DNA of 64,000 bases from sequence record MN871446.1, one strand, 5' to 3'. Below, piece by piece: positions 25,601-35,075 of the stretch. The notes under the pieces are model-generated. The model was not told the DNA's origin. It made no database searches and was given only the letters and a program-made list of their open reading frames with translations. Both the position numbers and the translations under genes were made by a program. Origin of the DNA: Klebsiella phage KpLz-2_45. The stretch's first letter is position 1; each line of letters begins with the position of its first letter.

Positions 25601-25810
25601 TTAACTTCCTTCTTCTTCAAAACGATTATAGGTTACCGATCTGGTGTCATCAATCAGTCCAGAGCTCTGAAGTGTCTGGTCAGCCAACATTAGGATAACG
25701 CTATCGTTGGTTTCCTCCGTCTCGAAGGTTGCTACCGCACCTTCTGAATGAGTAGAAGAAACCAAATAATTATTCTCTAATGCGGTTGTCGTAATATAAA
25801 AAGTTTTCAT
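25601..25810 (-). CDS. small hypothetical protein (69 aa) downstream of tailspike F
   Basis: ORF starting 4 nt after the tailspike F stop. Confidence 0.4.
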   Translation of the reverse strand: MKTFYITTTALENNYLVSSTHSEGAVATFETEETNDSVILMLADQTLQSSGLIDDTRSVTYNRFEEEGS

Positions 25811-25813
25811 GTC

Positions 25814-27796
25814 TTAACCTATCAAAAGTCGGTCACAAGTAACCGTCGGATTTTTTAATGTTATCGTCCCCACGAAACCGGTAATACGCAACCCGACTCT
25901 AGCAAATTGCATAGGGTTTGTTGTGTTAGTGTACGAGTTGGCCACTACTGCTTGAGTACAAAAACCTTGATAAGCCCCTAATAAATTATTAGCAGTCGCT
26001 AAAGCGCCGACATCAACGGCTGCGCTGTATACGGTTGATGTTGTTTTATCGGCAATCGCGGTGCTGTTCAGTGTTAAAGTGCTATGGACCTCAACACCGC
26101 ACGATACGTTCACGTTACCTGTCAAAGCACTGTCAACGATAATAGAACCTAACGCACGGAATTTATCATAAGGTAATAGATCGAATGGCATAGAGCACAT
26201 GATATAAAAGACACTACTTGTTGATGCAGATGTTACAGAGATACCCTGTAAATTGTCGGTAGGATCAACTGCCGAGTAGGTCCATGCGCCGTTTACATTA
26301 TACCAGCCGTATGAATCCGCAGTATTGATATTTGTCGAATATGCCGACCCAGCCGTCCCAGAAAATCTATTGGTGCTAATAACCCGTTCATCTGTTGCTG
26401 TAGGGTTAAATTTGGCAAGGAAAATACTAGCGGAAGTTAAGACGTCTTCTTTCGACTTTTGCCAGTCGACATCAATAGCATTATTAGCCGGCGCTCCGTT
26501 AATAATCAAAGATTGATATCCGGTTGTAGCCTGTAAAAAGGTCTCGTTACCCATGAATACTCGGGTTTCTTTGTCTATATTTACATAGCTGTTAATAGTA
26601 GAAGAGAAAAACCAAGTTCTATTCCATACCGTTTGTCCGGTACGTAAGTCAATTACGCACCCAGTGAAATTTATCTTTTTCCCTTGTTTTGGGTATAGTG
26701 TTGAGTTAACAACATTAACCAACATTCCTTGGACGCCTTCGATATGACATCTATCAAAAACAATATTAGCATTCCCACTTTTAGTGATTTTCACCATATC
26801 ACCGGTAGGGTAATCTAGCGAACAGTTAGAAAAGAACATTTCGAATGCGTTGTTTTCAATGTAGATTAAATCTGAATCTGAATCTGCGATAGTGGCATTA
26901 TCGAAAGTAAGTTTTTCCCCAGAGTTTGTCTTGCTATCGCCGAGTATAGCAATCGCATAATTATTACGACCTAAATGAAATGTCGAGAACGTATTGATGT
27001 AGTTATCGACGGGGTTAATCTTGATTCCATAAAAGAAACCCAGTGACTGAAAGTTGTTAATTGTGGCGCCACGAACATCGATAAAACCAGAAACTGAATT
27101 TCCGATTGTAATTCCTGCATTACTGGTTCTAGCGGCGCCAGTAGGGTGCGTCAATGTTAACCTGCCACCAACAAAAATAGAACGTTCGGATTCCCATAAT
27201 AAAACTTGTCTTGCCCTAACAGTACTGGTGAAAAGTGTATCTAATAAAGTAGGGAAATGACTGTTATCAATCACAATACCGTCGGTATTAGTGACCCCGT
27301 AGAAATCGAAATAAGTATCCGATTCCATTTTTAAGGTGACGAATGACGGAAGATAAATTGTACCCGACAGAGCGTACCTATTTGCGCCAAATTTTATTGC
27401 GGGGATTTTGATAGTGGTCGTAAAATTAATAATTCCTAATGCAGTGCTATACTTGATAGCGAGGTCGGTAGCAATTTTATTAATGCACGCCGAGAGATCT
27501 GTAAAACCTGGCTTCCCTAATAAGAAAAGTGGGTTGTAACCCTCTGAAAGATCAGCCCTCCAAAACTTTCCAGTGACTGACAAAAAGAGAGAATAGCCAT
27601 CATCTACAGCACTAGAAAGGGTGTCATCGTAATAGAGGACTTCGTTTAATACAGGACCGCCTGTGAATGCACGCTGAAGAATCACACTTTGTCCACTAAC
27701 CCAGGGTTTAAAACTACGTAAATCGTCAAGAGTACTGAGTACAACTCTTGAATATTCGCCGTTACTGCCTCGCGGTTTATTAAAATCAGTTAACAT
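25814..27796 (-). CDS. tailspike / depolymerase-like protein F (no FENAY anchor; starts with the shared LRSFKPW..GQ domain)
   Basis: 660 aa. LSTLDDLRSFKPWVSGQSVILQRAF is homologous to internal domains of G, H, K and L. Confidence 0.75.
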   Translation of the reverse strand: MLTDFNKPRGSNGEYSRVVLSTLDDLRSFKPWVSGQSVILQRAFTGGPVLNEVLYYDDTLSSAVDDGYSLFLSVTGKFWRADLSEGYNPLFLLGKPGFTDLSACINKIATDLAIKYSTALGIINFTTTIKIPAIKFGANRYALSGTIYLPSFVTLKMESDTYFDFYGVTNTDGIVIDNSHFPTLLDTLFTSTVRARQVLLWESERSIFVGGRLTLTHPTGAARTSNAGITIGNSVSGFIDVRGATINNFQSLGFFYGIKINPVDNYINTFSTFHLGRNNYAIAILGDSKTNSGEKLTFDNATIADSDSDLIYIENNAFEMFFSNCSLDYPTGDMVKITKSGNANIVFDRCHIEGVQGMLVNVVNSTLYPKQGKKINFTGCVIDLRTGQTVWNRTWFFSSTINSYVNIDKETRVFMGNETFLQATTGYQSLIINGAPANNAIDVDWQKSKEDVLTSASIFLAKFNPTATDERVISTNRFSGTAGSAYSTNINTADSYGWYNVNGAWTYSAVDPTDNLQGISVTSASTSSVFYIMCSMPFDLLPYDKFRALGSIIVDSALTGNVNVSCGVEVHSTLTLNSTAIADKTTSTVYSAAVDVGALATANNLLGAYQGFCTQAVVANSYTNTTNPMQFARVGLRITGFVGTITLKNPTVTCDRLLIG

Positions 27797-27823
27797 TGCC
27801 TATACCTCAGAATTGAAAGACTA

Positions 27824-27863
27824 AGTCATAGAAAAATCAGAGGAGGTCATGTACCTCCTCTGA
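27824..27863 (-). terminator. terminator TCAGAGGAGGT-CATGT-ACCTCCTCTGA followed by TTTTTCTATGAC
   Basis: 11-bp stem. The motif lies 28 nt upstream of the tailspike F ATG, which has Shine-Dalgarno GAGG. Confidence 0.7.
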
Positions 27864-27874
27864 TTAATTTGTTA

Positions 27875-30145
27875 TTATTCGTTAATGAACCAAAAAACAG
27901 GTAACTTAACGAAAACGGAACCAGTAAAACCGGTTAAGTTAATAGAAAGGCTAAGCTGATCCGCATAACTGGCTTTTCTAACTACCATCGGGAACGCTAT
28001 ATAACCAACATCCGATAAACCGGTGATCGTTTTTTTCTTCGTAAAATGTGTATCTGTCGAAATAGGGGTTCCGTTATCAGTGGCTATAAGTGCCCTACTC
28101 TCTGTCACTGTTGCAACGCTTCCTGAGACAGTCCCCGCATAGGTCGGGTAATCTAAATACTTAATTGTGTTGTAAACGCTCAATCCACTAGTGTAGTCCG
28201 ATCCTTGTTTGATGGAAATAACTGACGCTAAAATAGGATTCAAAAGACCGTTTGAGGTTACTCTTTTCATCAGCTCAAGCGTTGTTATATTACTGGTTGC
28301 AGTACTATTTATTTTTACAGTAACATAGCCGTCGTCATCTAAAGCAGCTAATTTGGTGATAGTGACTCCAGCGCCTGTGAAACTAAATTTAATCTGTGAT
28401 TGGGAATCTGTTTGGTTTATCATATCGGTATCTGTAGCAACCGAATTAAAATAGTGTCGCCATCCCATAATCGACTGTTGATAATCCCCGATCAGAGGAG
28501 TTAATGAACGTAAAACCCCGGACGGGTGAATTGTATTATATCCGCCTTTTACTACGCAGACAAACTGATCTCCGGTCCCATCACCGTAGTCGCCGCCTTT
28601 GTTAGTTTGACCGGTTAAAGAATAATACGGGGACCAATATTCATTAGGTAACTCCCATGCGCATGAATCAAAGGTCACACCTAAATCTTTATCTGGTGCT
28701 GAAATCATTTGGCGAACATAACTCGCTCTGAAAGTACTAGAATAGTAAGCAGATTTAAAATTATTAGGGTAAATAAAAGTCCCGAGGAACTCAAAAATAT
28801 TACGAATATTCCAAGTGCTATTCGTAAACATTTGGGTTTTTTCTGGCTGGTTAATTAATTTCCCCCCGAACCCTTCAATCCAACCCCTTTCCATTCTGAC
28901 CCTAACCCCGGAACTATATTTATTACATTTGAAAACATCGCCATCGGTATAATCAAGGCTACAATCCACGATAGAAATTATCCCGGCCCTGTCAAAGAGG
29001 AAATGAGCCAATGTAGTGTTCCCGATAACTCCATTTTTGAATACTATTTTTTCCCCTGAATTTATCGGAGTGTCGTTACTTTCAAAAAAGACTCCGGCTA
29101 CGCAATCTGCAATGTTAAAATCTGAAAAAGTATTGCAATAAAAGTTAATGTAATTAATTCTGATCCCGTACTTAAAGCCTTTCACGCGGAAGTTCTTGAT
29201 ATTTAAATCGCGAACCGACATTGGTGAAGTACCATATGTCGCTAACCTTATTCCCGCTCCAGTTGTTGTATCTTTACCTGGGCCTAAAATAAAGAAAGAC
29301 CCGCCATTAGCGTTAAAGAAATTCGACCCCTGAGTATCGACGAAATTACTATCCGGCATCTGGCCAGCTGCAACACCAGTGATACCTTCATTCGTGATAA
29401 CGATCGCGTCATCGTTTGTTAGAGAAGTGACTAAATAAATATTCCCATAAGAGACTAAAGAAAAGAACGAGGGGATTTTAACTTGTTTCTCTAGCACGTA
29501 TTTATCAGAAAACTGAGGAAAGAAAATCTGAGTGCTAACACCGAAAGTATTCTTGTTAGCGGAAACTTTGGCGGTAGTAAAATCAACAATTTTTTGGATT
29601 GCGGCTCCTGTACCCGTACCGTCGCTTTTCACTCCGGCCAAACGAATATCTACCCCTTTAGAGACATCAACTTTCCAACGGGCACCTTTGGGAGTCACCA
29701 TAATTGAGAAGTCATTATCAGCGGAAGCAACGTCGCTAGAATCATAATTGGCAATAATATTGATTAGCGGACCGCCTTGTACAGCACGCTCTAAAATAAT
29801 TTTTTGCCCTGCGTACCACGGCTCAAATTTTCTGAGGTCGGCAATCGTCGCGATAGAAACGGTTGTCAACGCTGCGGGAAACGCCGCTCCCTGGAATACC
29901 CCTTTATCAGTCGTTATCGTCGCCACGGTACCGCTGATACTGATCCCTGAAACAACCCCCGTGACGGCACTGACGTTGAAGATTTCTTTTGACGCTGGAT
30001 CAACGCCGAAAGAAAAAATGGTCAGGTCTACATTTTTATCGAGTGTAGCAATACTACTCAACGGGATATTTAATAACTGAGAGAACATTTCTGCGCTTGA
30101 CTGAACAGACGTCGTTCCGGATGGTTGGATGAAATTGGTTTGCAT
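27875..30145 (-). CDS. tailspike / tail-fibre protein G
   Basis: 756 aa. Its N-terminus resembles D. It carries the shared domain IADLRKFEPWYAGQKIILERAVQGG. Confidence 0.75.
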   Translation of the reverse strand: MQTNFIQPSGTTSVQSSAEMFSQLLNIPLSSIATLDKNVDLTIFSFGVDPASKEIFNVSAVTGVVSGISISGTVATITTDKGVFQGAAFPAALTTVSIATIADLRKFEPWYAGQKIILERAVQGGPLINIIANYDSSDVASADNDFSIMVTPKGARWKVDVSKGVDIRLAGVKSDGTGTGAAIQKIVDFTTAKVSANKNTFGVSTQIFFPQFSDKYVLEKQVKIPSFFSLVSYGNIYLVTSLTNDDAIVITNEGITGVAAGQMPDSNFVDTQGSNFFNANGGSFFILGPGKDTTTGAGIRLATYGTSPMSVRDLNIKNFRVKGFKYGIRINYINFYCNTFSDFNIADCVAGVFFESNDTPINSGEKIVFKNGVIGNTTLAHFLFDRAGIISIVDCSLDYTDGDVFKCNKYSSGVRVRMERGWIEGFGGKLINQPEKTQMFTNSTWNIRNIFEFLGTFIYPNNFKSAYYSSTFRASYVRQMISAPDKDLGVTFDSCAWELPNEYWSPYYSLTGQTNKGGDYGDGTGDQFVCVVKGGYNTIHPSGVLRSLTPLIGDYQQSIMGWRHYFNSVATDTDMINQTDSQSQIKFSFTGAGVTITKLAALDDDGYVTVKINSTATSNITTLELMKRVTSNGLLNPILASVISIKQGSDYTSGLSVYNTIKYLDYPTYAGTVSGSVATVTESRALIATDNGTPISTDTHFTKKKTITGLSDVGYIAFPMVVRKASYADQLSLSINLTGFTGSVFVKLPVFWFINE

Positions 30146-30167
30146 TTAATTGAATTCCTTTAGGCAT

Positions 30168-30209
30168 CAAGAAAGAATAAAAGAGGGAAAGGTTTTCCTT
30201 TCCCTCTTT
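30168..30209 (-). terminator. terminator AAAGAGGGAAAGG-TTTT-CCTTTCCCTCTTT plus T-run
   Basis: 13-bp stem. Downstream on the minus strand is TTATTCTTTCTTGATGCC, a degenerate version of the TATG motif. It sits between the 30213 gene and tailspike G. Confidence 0.65.
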
Positions 30210-30212
30210 ACG

Positions 30213-30515
30213 TTAACTACCGAGTGTAGCGCCTAACAATAAAGCCAGCTCGCTCTCGGCTTGTTGCAAAATCTTTTCCCCATCCGTCGTCTCAGTCAGG
30301 ATTTTAAAGGTCGTTTCTCCCGGAGAAAATTCATCTGCTTCAATACTGAAATAAACTTCCGCGGTATCTCCGACAAATTTCCCGCCGTAGTTTATGCTCA
30401 GCGCAGTGTATGTTAAAGAAATTGTTCTTGGAATAGGGTTGCTGAACATCCCGAATTCTTCGACAGATTCTTTAACAAAGACCTCTTTCGTTATTGTAAA
30501 ACTCATTGTGAGCAT
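30213..30515 (-). CDS. hypothetical protein (100 aa) downstream of tailspike H
   Basis: ORF starting 4 nt after the tailspike H stop. Confidence 0.45.
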   Translation of the reverse strand: MLTMSFTITKEVFVKESVEEFGMFSNPIPRTISLTYTALSINYGGKFVGDTAEVYFSIEADEFSPGETTFKILTETTDGEKILQQAESELALLLGATLGS

Positions 30516-30518
30516 TCC

Positions 30519-33191
30519 TTAGAGTTGAGTGATTTCAATTTCAATCCCGTAGACATTCCCCGCAACAGCAGTATCGGTGTTTTGGGACGTCCCGCGATAT
30601 AAGGCTGGAGGGATAACAATGTCAAAACACTGTCCATTGTTTGCTGAGAAATATCCCGCTTGCATACCCATGTAGGTTTGTGCATAAATCGTGTTTGTCG
30701 TGAAAGACGAATAAGGAGATAATGTCGTCGTATAAACACTATTTGACAGCGTAGTCTCTGCTTTTAATTTTTCGTGTTCAATGACCGAAGCAACATAACT
30801 TTGACCCTGGGTACTAACAGTATACGTTCTACTGTTGACGTGGTTAGAGCCATTTATTCTGATTTCAACCTTGAAGGTACTGTTCACGGGCAAATTCGTG
30901 ACCCTGATAATTCCGTTATCAGTTGTAGCCGTTGCTGTTGAGGTTAGGCTGGTTCGATAACATATACGGGCTCCCTTGGTCTGGATTGGGGAACGCGCAC
31001 CGTATGGCGAATTGCCGTAGTTACAGCGCCCATATGTATACGTACTCCCATCAGATGTCGGGTACGCAAGATTATCCCAGGCCGGATAACTGTTAACATT
31101 ACCCGCTGTAGGAACAATAAGGACTCCGTCCGTATAGCCGAATTGGTTATCATCATTTTGCCATCTAACATCAACGCAACTGTTCAATGTTTCCGTAACG
31201 AAGGTTCTGACCAACGTACCGAAGTTAGATTGTTTAAGGCCATCAAAACGGGTTTGTACTTCTCCCTGCACAAAACCAGAATAAGCCCTGACGTAGAAAA
31301 TTATTTGGGGATCGTTCGCATAAGTTACCCCTATCCAGCCGCCAACATCGAAATGACTAGAGTACATGAAGGCGCGATCAACGTTATTACCGCCACCTAA
31401 AACAACGGCTTTCGATGCCTTCCCTACCCCAGAACCAAAGTTAAAATAATAACGTTTAACTGTTGTACCGTAGAAACTTTGCCACGCCGATTTCGAATAA
31501 AAGAGGATACCTTGTAAGCAGTGACGAATGTTTAAGTTCTCTGCATAGAAGTTCTCTGTCCAAGAAATCTCGTTACAAACCACGACGGCCGCCGAAAGAA
31601 CATAACCATGTGCATGGAAGTTCTTGAGTTCATTACCCCAACCATCTGCGAACCGGACAAAGTGAAGCGGATTGACCGTATCGGTGCAATAAGCGTAAAT
31701 TCCGGACAGTTTACCTGGGTTCCAACAAGGAGCCCCTGCTACGGTATTGAAGAATTTAATACCGTAGGTTTCCCCACCTGTCTTAAACTTATGATTTAAC
31801 TGGACAGAATCCATCCCCGTCCCATCACCGCCACGAATGTGCAATGGGCATTTGGTGACGTCAACTGCGACGCTGCCATAAAACGTGTACATGGTATTGG
31901 AAGGTGGGATAGTAATCAATGTGATATTTTTCAGGCGACTGAATGCTACGGCAGCGGTAAGTGCGTTCGTAATATCAGAGCCTGCAATCACTCCGTAATT
32001 AGCGAGGTTGATTTCGTTATTGATAACAATACGTTCCCAATAATACCCGGTACCGGAAGCAATTGAACCACCGTCATCAACTCCCGCGGCGAGATGACCG
32101 ATAAAATAACCTGCTCCAGAAACACTTCCGGAGTAATAACCTTTCAGGTAGATCTTTTCTCCCTCAAAGGCAGGTTTACGTGACCGTAATGCATCAAAAG
32201 ATTCTACGCCGTAAAATCCCTGTGCGACTTGATCAAGGTTGATACCATAACTAGTGTTAATTTTGGTCGCACCAGTGCTGAGCGCTAACGTTGCCAACAC
32301 TTCCGCCGGCGTACCCGATACACTGACGGTAATCTCCGCACGGGAGCCGCCCAGAATGACTTCGACAATGTCATTCGTACTGAGTGCCTTCGCCAGCGAA
32401 ATAGTAGTGCTGTTCAATACCTCAAAGTGTTTGTTCAAGATCTGGCGGCTACCGTTAATGTAGATAGCAGTGACGGTCTTAAACGACCACGGCGGCGTTA
32501 ATGTCGTTTCACCGCCTACTGCTGCACCGTCGTTATACAACCAGGAAACATTAACATAATCAGTGATACCCGGTTCTACAGGTGTAACAGGCGTACCCGG
32601 ATAAGGGCGCGTGTATAATACAACAGTTGCACCTGCTGTCAATGGTCCTGCTAGTTTGACTTTGTTGGTTTCATTATCAAAAGTATAGTTGGTCCCTTTA
32701 ATCTGATGACTTCCGTTAAGGAACATTTCACCTATATCGAAACAATCAAAAGGGATCCCAATCTCAGTTTCACCGCCGACAGCAGAACCGTTATTGTACA
32801 CGTAAGAGACGTAAGAAGTATACGCACCAAACTGACCACCGCCAATCAATTTCCCGGTACCGTAAATGACCGCTGTACCGTTTTTGTATAAAGCGGTAGC
32901 AGAAGCTCCATTGACGTTAACGAAGGCTGCTACGTAGTGCCGAGTGTCGTCTGTGAAGACGTAGAAAATCTCGTCTTTAACGGTATTGGAAATACCGTTT
33001 GCGATGGACGAGTAAGCGTTTTCAAATAAAAGATTAGCACGGATGTCATTAAGAGAAACGCGATAAGTTTCGTTCGTTTGCCCCGCTAATGCGACGGGTA
33101 AAACTGCAGATTCAGGGACTTTCCCTGTACTGACTAATTCAGAAATCTTTTTGCTGTAATTGCTCATTGCAAGAAACCTCGTCTTAGGCAA
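30519..33191 (-). CDS. tailspike protein H (FENAY-type anchor); start ambiguous
   Basis: 890 aa by the ORF track, but the codon at 33191..33189 is TTG. The first ATG (MSNYSKKISEL..., at 33167) has GAGG 11 nt upstream. Contains KISEL...LFENAYSS...IFYVFTDD and the shared domain ALRSRKPAFEGEKIYLKGYYSGSVSGAGYFIG. Confidence 0.8.
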   Translation of the reverse strand: MPKTRFLAMSNYSKKISELVSTGKVPESAVLPVALAGQTNETYRVSLNDIRANLLFENAYSSIANGISNTVKDEIFYVFTDDTRHYVAAFVNVNGASATALYKNGTAVIYGTGKLIGGGQFGAYTSYVSYVYNNGSAVGGETEIGIPFDCFDIGEMFLNGSHQIKGTNYTFDNETNKVKLAGPLTAGATVVLYTRPYPGTPVTPVEPGITDYVNVSWLYNDGAAVGGETTLTPPWSFKTVTAIYINGSRQILNKHFEVLNSTTISLAKALSTNDIVEVILGGSRAEITVSVSGTPAEVLATLALSTGATKINTSYGINLDQVAQGFYGVESFDALRSRKPAFEGEKIYLKGYYSGSVSGAGYFIGHLAAGVDDGGSIASGTGYYWERIVINNEINLANYGVIAGSDITNALTAAVAFSRLKNITLITIPPSNTMYTFYGSVAVDVTKCPLHIRGGDGTGMDSVQLNHKFKTGGETYGIKFFNTVAGAPCWNPGKLSGIYAYCTDTVNPLHFVRFADGWGNELKNFHAHGYVLSAAVVVCNEISWTENFYAENLNIRHCLQGILFYSKSAWQSFYGTTVKRYYFNFGSGVGKASKAVVLGGGNNVDRAFMYSSHFDVGGWIGVTYANDPQIIFYVRAYSGFVQGEVQTRFDGLKQSNFGTLVRTFVTETLNSCVDVRWQNDDNQFGYTDGVLIVPTAGNVNSYPAWDNLAYPTSDGSTYTYGRCNYGNSPYGARSPIQTKGARICYRTSLTSTATATTDNGIIRVTNLPVNSTFKVEIRINGSNHVNSRTYTVSTQGQSYVASVIEHEKLKAETTLSNSVYTTTLSPYSSFTTNTIYAQTYMGMQAGYFSANNGQCFDIVIPPALYRGTSQNTDTAVAGNVYGIEIEITQL

Positions 33192-33203
33192 TGGGGAGGA
33201 AAA

Positions 33204-33250
33204 TAGTCATAGGAAAACAAATAGAGAGGAGCCAAAAGGCTCCTCTCTAT
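33204..33250 (-). terminator. terminator ATAGAGAGGAGCC-AAAA-GGCTCCTCTCTAT followed by TTGTTTTCCTATGAC
   Basis: 13-bp stem, with the motif immediately 3' of it on the minus strand. Confidence 0.7.
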
Positions 33251-33274
33251 AGTTTAAGATCTAGGATGTTATCA

Positions 33275-34999
33275 TTAATTTTGTTCGTACCACTTACCAT
33301 TAAAATAGTTAAACGTAACAATTTCATTTAAAGTAAGAGTGCGAGATGCGGATCCTTTCAAAACAATGGTGCTGTTATTGGCTAACGTAACGTTAGTATT
33401 CGCTGCATGGACCTTGATCTCTTGGGTATTGACGCCCCCAGTAAAGTTAGTTATTGTAGTAGCGGAACTCATGTTAAGGTACAAATAAGAAATACCATCA
33501 ACGGCTAAAGTGGTGCCCGATGTAAAAACCATGGATTTTTTAGACATGTTAAAAGGGCTGCCTAAATAATCATTGTTCTTATATTTTTGAGTACCTACTG
33601 CGGCTTGTACGTTTGGGGCGACCCAGTTATTCCATTGACTGTTAGATGAAGTTGTATCGTTAATCCCGTATCTTGGTGTAGTGCCATCTTGAGAATAAAC
33701 GCCAGCACCGACAAAAGTATTCAAAACACCGGAGACCGAGAAGCCATCATGGGTGTTAGCTGCGGCGGAACCGATACCAATTGCAGTAGGGTTACTGAAA
33801 GTGTTCGTTGAGCCAGTAACAACGAAACCATCACCCATACATCTATCTGCACGCGCCCCTGAAAAACGAGACCGCGTGCCATCGACGTAAATCCCGATTT
33901 CACCAAACTCACCGATAGTATCAGTGATGAAATGATTACTACCGCCGATCCTGAGAGCAACTGCCAATTTATTACCAGCTATAGTACTAAAACCACTTTG
34001 TCCATTAGCTTCGATTCTGAATAAGAAATGATCTGTCCCTAATATATCAACTGCCCCTTTCAATGTAGTGAAATTAGCTCTGTCATACATTGTGTTTAAA
34101 ACAATGATGTCCTGGATTACACAAGCTATAGAGCTAGAGAGGAGGCGTATACCTTGATTCTTTGTACTGTTAACGCCTACATGACTAATTACACAATTGC
34201 CTGAGGCTACTTCTATTCCACAGTCCAAATTAGCCGAACCAATAATAGTTATATTTCTGATGGCTGAGCTATAACCATTAACTACAATACCGCGACCAGA
34301 ATGTGTACACTTAATCGCAGAAGGATCATTCTGTGAATAATTACGCATTCCGTTGATACCAGAAAGATGGTGTCCAGAAGGAATTATAATTTCTTTGCCA
34401 GAGATCCATAACCCTTCGGAAATTTCACAATGGGTCGCGTCAGAAAGAACTTCATTGATCAAGTCACCAAAATCATCGGTGCTAACTCTTAACTTAATAT
34501 CATTGTACTTATTTTTTGTAACTGCGCGAGCTAGTTCAAATTTAGAACCATTACGCATGTCCGATAAAGTAGGTAAATAAAGTCCACCTACGTAATCCGC
34601 AAAACGTAAACTATCAACATCGGATGATAAGGTGGTCGGTAATGTTGCAATTGAACGCACTTGTCTACTTGTTGGTAATCTGACTTGTTCATTGTCATAA
34701 CCCAGAATAGGATTAGCCACACCACTATTATTTTGGTATTGCAACACCCACAATTTCGCCGCGCTTTCATAGACGAAAAATACGTCCCCTGACGCGGTTC
34801 CGTTCAGGCCCGCATCCACAGACAGGAAAGCGTTCTCGAAACCCAGCGTTTGACGAAGGTCGTTAATTTTGGTGGATTTAGTGAAAGGAACCCCTGCACT
34901 GGTTTTGGCGTTAATCGGGACGACGTCATTCTCTTTGATGACGCCTGCGTCACCGAGTTCAGAAATTTTGATTCCGATAGAATCTGAAGTCTTAGGCAT
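33275..34999 (-). CDS. tailspike protein I (FENAY-type anchor)
   Basis: 574 aa. KISELGDAG...LRQTLGFENAFLS...DVFFVYESAA. Confidence 0.8.
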   Translation of the reverse strand: MPKTSDSIGIKISELGDAGVIKENDVVPINAKTSAGVPFTKSTKINDLRQTLGFENAFLSVDAGLNGTASGDVFFVYESAAKLWVLQYQNNSGVANPILGYDNEQVRLPTSRQVRSIATLPTTLSSDVDSLRFADYVGGLYLPTLSDMRNGSKFELARAVTKNKYNDIKLRVSTDDFGDLINEVLSDATHCEISEGLWISGKEIIIPSGHHLSGINGMRNYSQNDPSAIKCTHSGRGIVVNGYSSAIRNITIIGSANLDCGIEVASGNCVISHVGVNSTKNQGIRLLSSSIACVIQDIIVLNTMYDRANFTTLKGAVDILGTDHFLFRIEANGQSGFSTIAGNKLAVALRIGGSNHFITDTIGEFGEIGIYVDGTRSRFSGARADRCMGDGFVVTGSTNTFSNPTAIGIGSAAANTHDGFSVSGVLNTFVGAGVYSQDGTTPRYGINDTTSSNSQWNNWVAPNVQAAVGTQKYKNNDYLGSPFNMSKKSMVFTSGTTLAVDGISYLYLNMSSATTITNFTGGVNTQEIKVHAANTNVTLANNSTIVLKGSASRTLTLNEIVTFNYFNGKWYEQN

Positions 35000-35021
35000 T
35001 ATACTACCCTCAAGTGAAAGA

Positions 35022-35075
35022 ATCTCATACGAAACAAAAGAGAAGAGGGTCGTAGCCCTCTTCTCTTTTTTAGAT
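35022..35075. terminator. terminator AGAGAAGAGGG-TCGTA-CCCTCTTCTCT, T-runs on both sides; minus strand continues TTTTGTTTCGTATGAG
   Basis: 11-bp stem. The motif lies 24 nt upstream of the tailspike I ATG. Confidence 0.7.
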
